In this document: positions 63,526-64,000 of the stretch, piece after piece
How the letters are laid out: each line of letters opens with the position of its first letter
How positions within the stretch are numbered: the first letter of the stretch is position 1
From: Octopus bimaculoides
Taxonomy: Eukaryota
Direction: 5' to 3'
DNA length: 64,000 nt
NCBI RefSeq assembly: GCF_001194135.2
Contig: NC_068982.1
Coordinates: forward strand, 85,915,764-85,979,763
Program-made: the position numbers and the translations under genes
Notes under the pieces: model-generated
What the model saw: only the letters and a program-made list of their open reading frames with translations
What the model was told of the DNA's origin: nothing
Database searches by the model: none

Positions 63526-64000
63526 CATCCCTGTACATGGCTTGTACAGCTCTCACTAACCATTCATCTATCCGTAGTTTCCGCATTGACCACCAGATAA
63601 GGGATAGGCTTTCTTCAAGTCAACAAAAACCAGGTACAGAGGTTTATCATTGGCTGGGTATTTCTCCTGCAGCTGCCTTACCAGAACTATGGCATCAGTG
63701 CTGCTTTTCCCTGACACAAATCCAATCTGCATCTTGTCTAAACTGACTCTCTCCCTAATTAATTGGGCTATGACCCTCTCCATGACTTTCATTACCTGAT
63801 CCAACAACTTACTACCTCTGTAATTACTTGTATCTAATGCATCACCTTTATCTTTGTTGCAGTTGACTATGGTGTTGCAGTTGACTATGGTGTTGCTGCA
63901 CATGACTCCTTCATGTATCACCTGATTGACTATATGGATGACTAGACTATAGCCAACACCAGCAGATATTTTAAGCATCTCTGCAGTGATTCCTGATGGG
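63526..64000 (-). mobile_element. RTE LINE RT fragment
   Basis: SNYRGSKLLDQVMKV, QIGFVSGKSSTDAI and FVDLKKAY, homologous to 19905-20696. It contains an 18-bp tandem duplication. Confidence 0.92.

Overview
AT-rich, gappy eukaryotic scaffold dominated by transposon debris. The tRNA-derived SINEs, RTE LINE 3' UTRs with (CAT)n tails and TTAGGG arrays resemble an octopod cephalopod genome (inferred from repeat content, not verified). No prokaryotic genes, rRNA, intact tRNA or CRISPR arrays were seen. Host content is limited to a few short minus-strand exons with GT-AG boundaries (best: 48555-48638, 9750-9868, 7921-8004, 26685-26741) of an unidentified gene. Recognisable elements: three Penelope-like retroelements (two Naiad-type, one Neptune-type with pLTRs), a non-autonomous Helitron nested in the Neptune 3' pLTR, a Buster/Charlie-type hAT with a perfect 8-bp TSD, two Chapaev-like relics, Tc1-, pogo- and piggyBac-like relics, several RTE LINE fragments, a Tx1/L1 fragment inside a SINE head, about 15 SINE copies and several foldbacks. 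The most notable observations are: a Pol III-headed short element carrying a minimal hammerhead ribozyme; a pair of variant-core hammerhead motifs in inverted Naiad pLTRs; TTAGGG cassettes bracketed by inverted repeats inside the Helitron; and several long hairpins. All alignments and translations were done by eye. TE boundaries are approximate unless a TSD or terminus is quoted. Most ORFs in the supplied track are microsatellite or N-gap artefacts.
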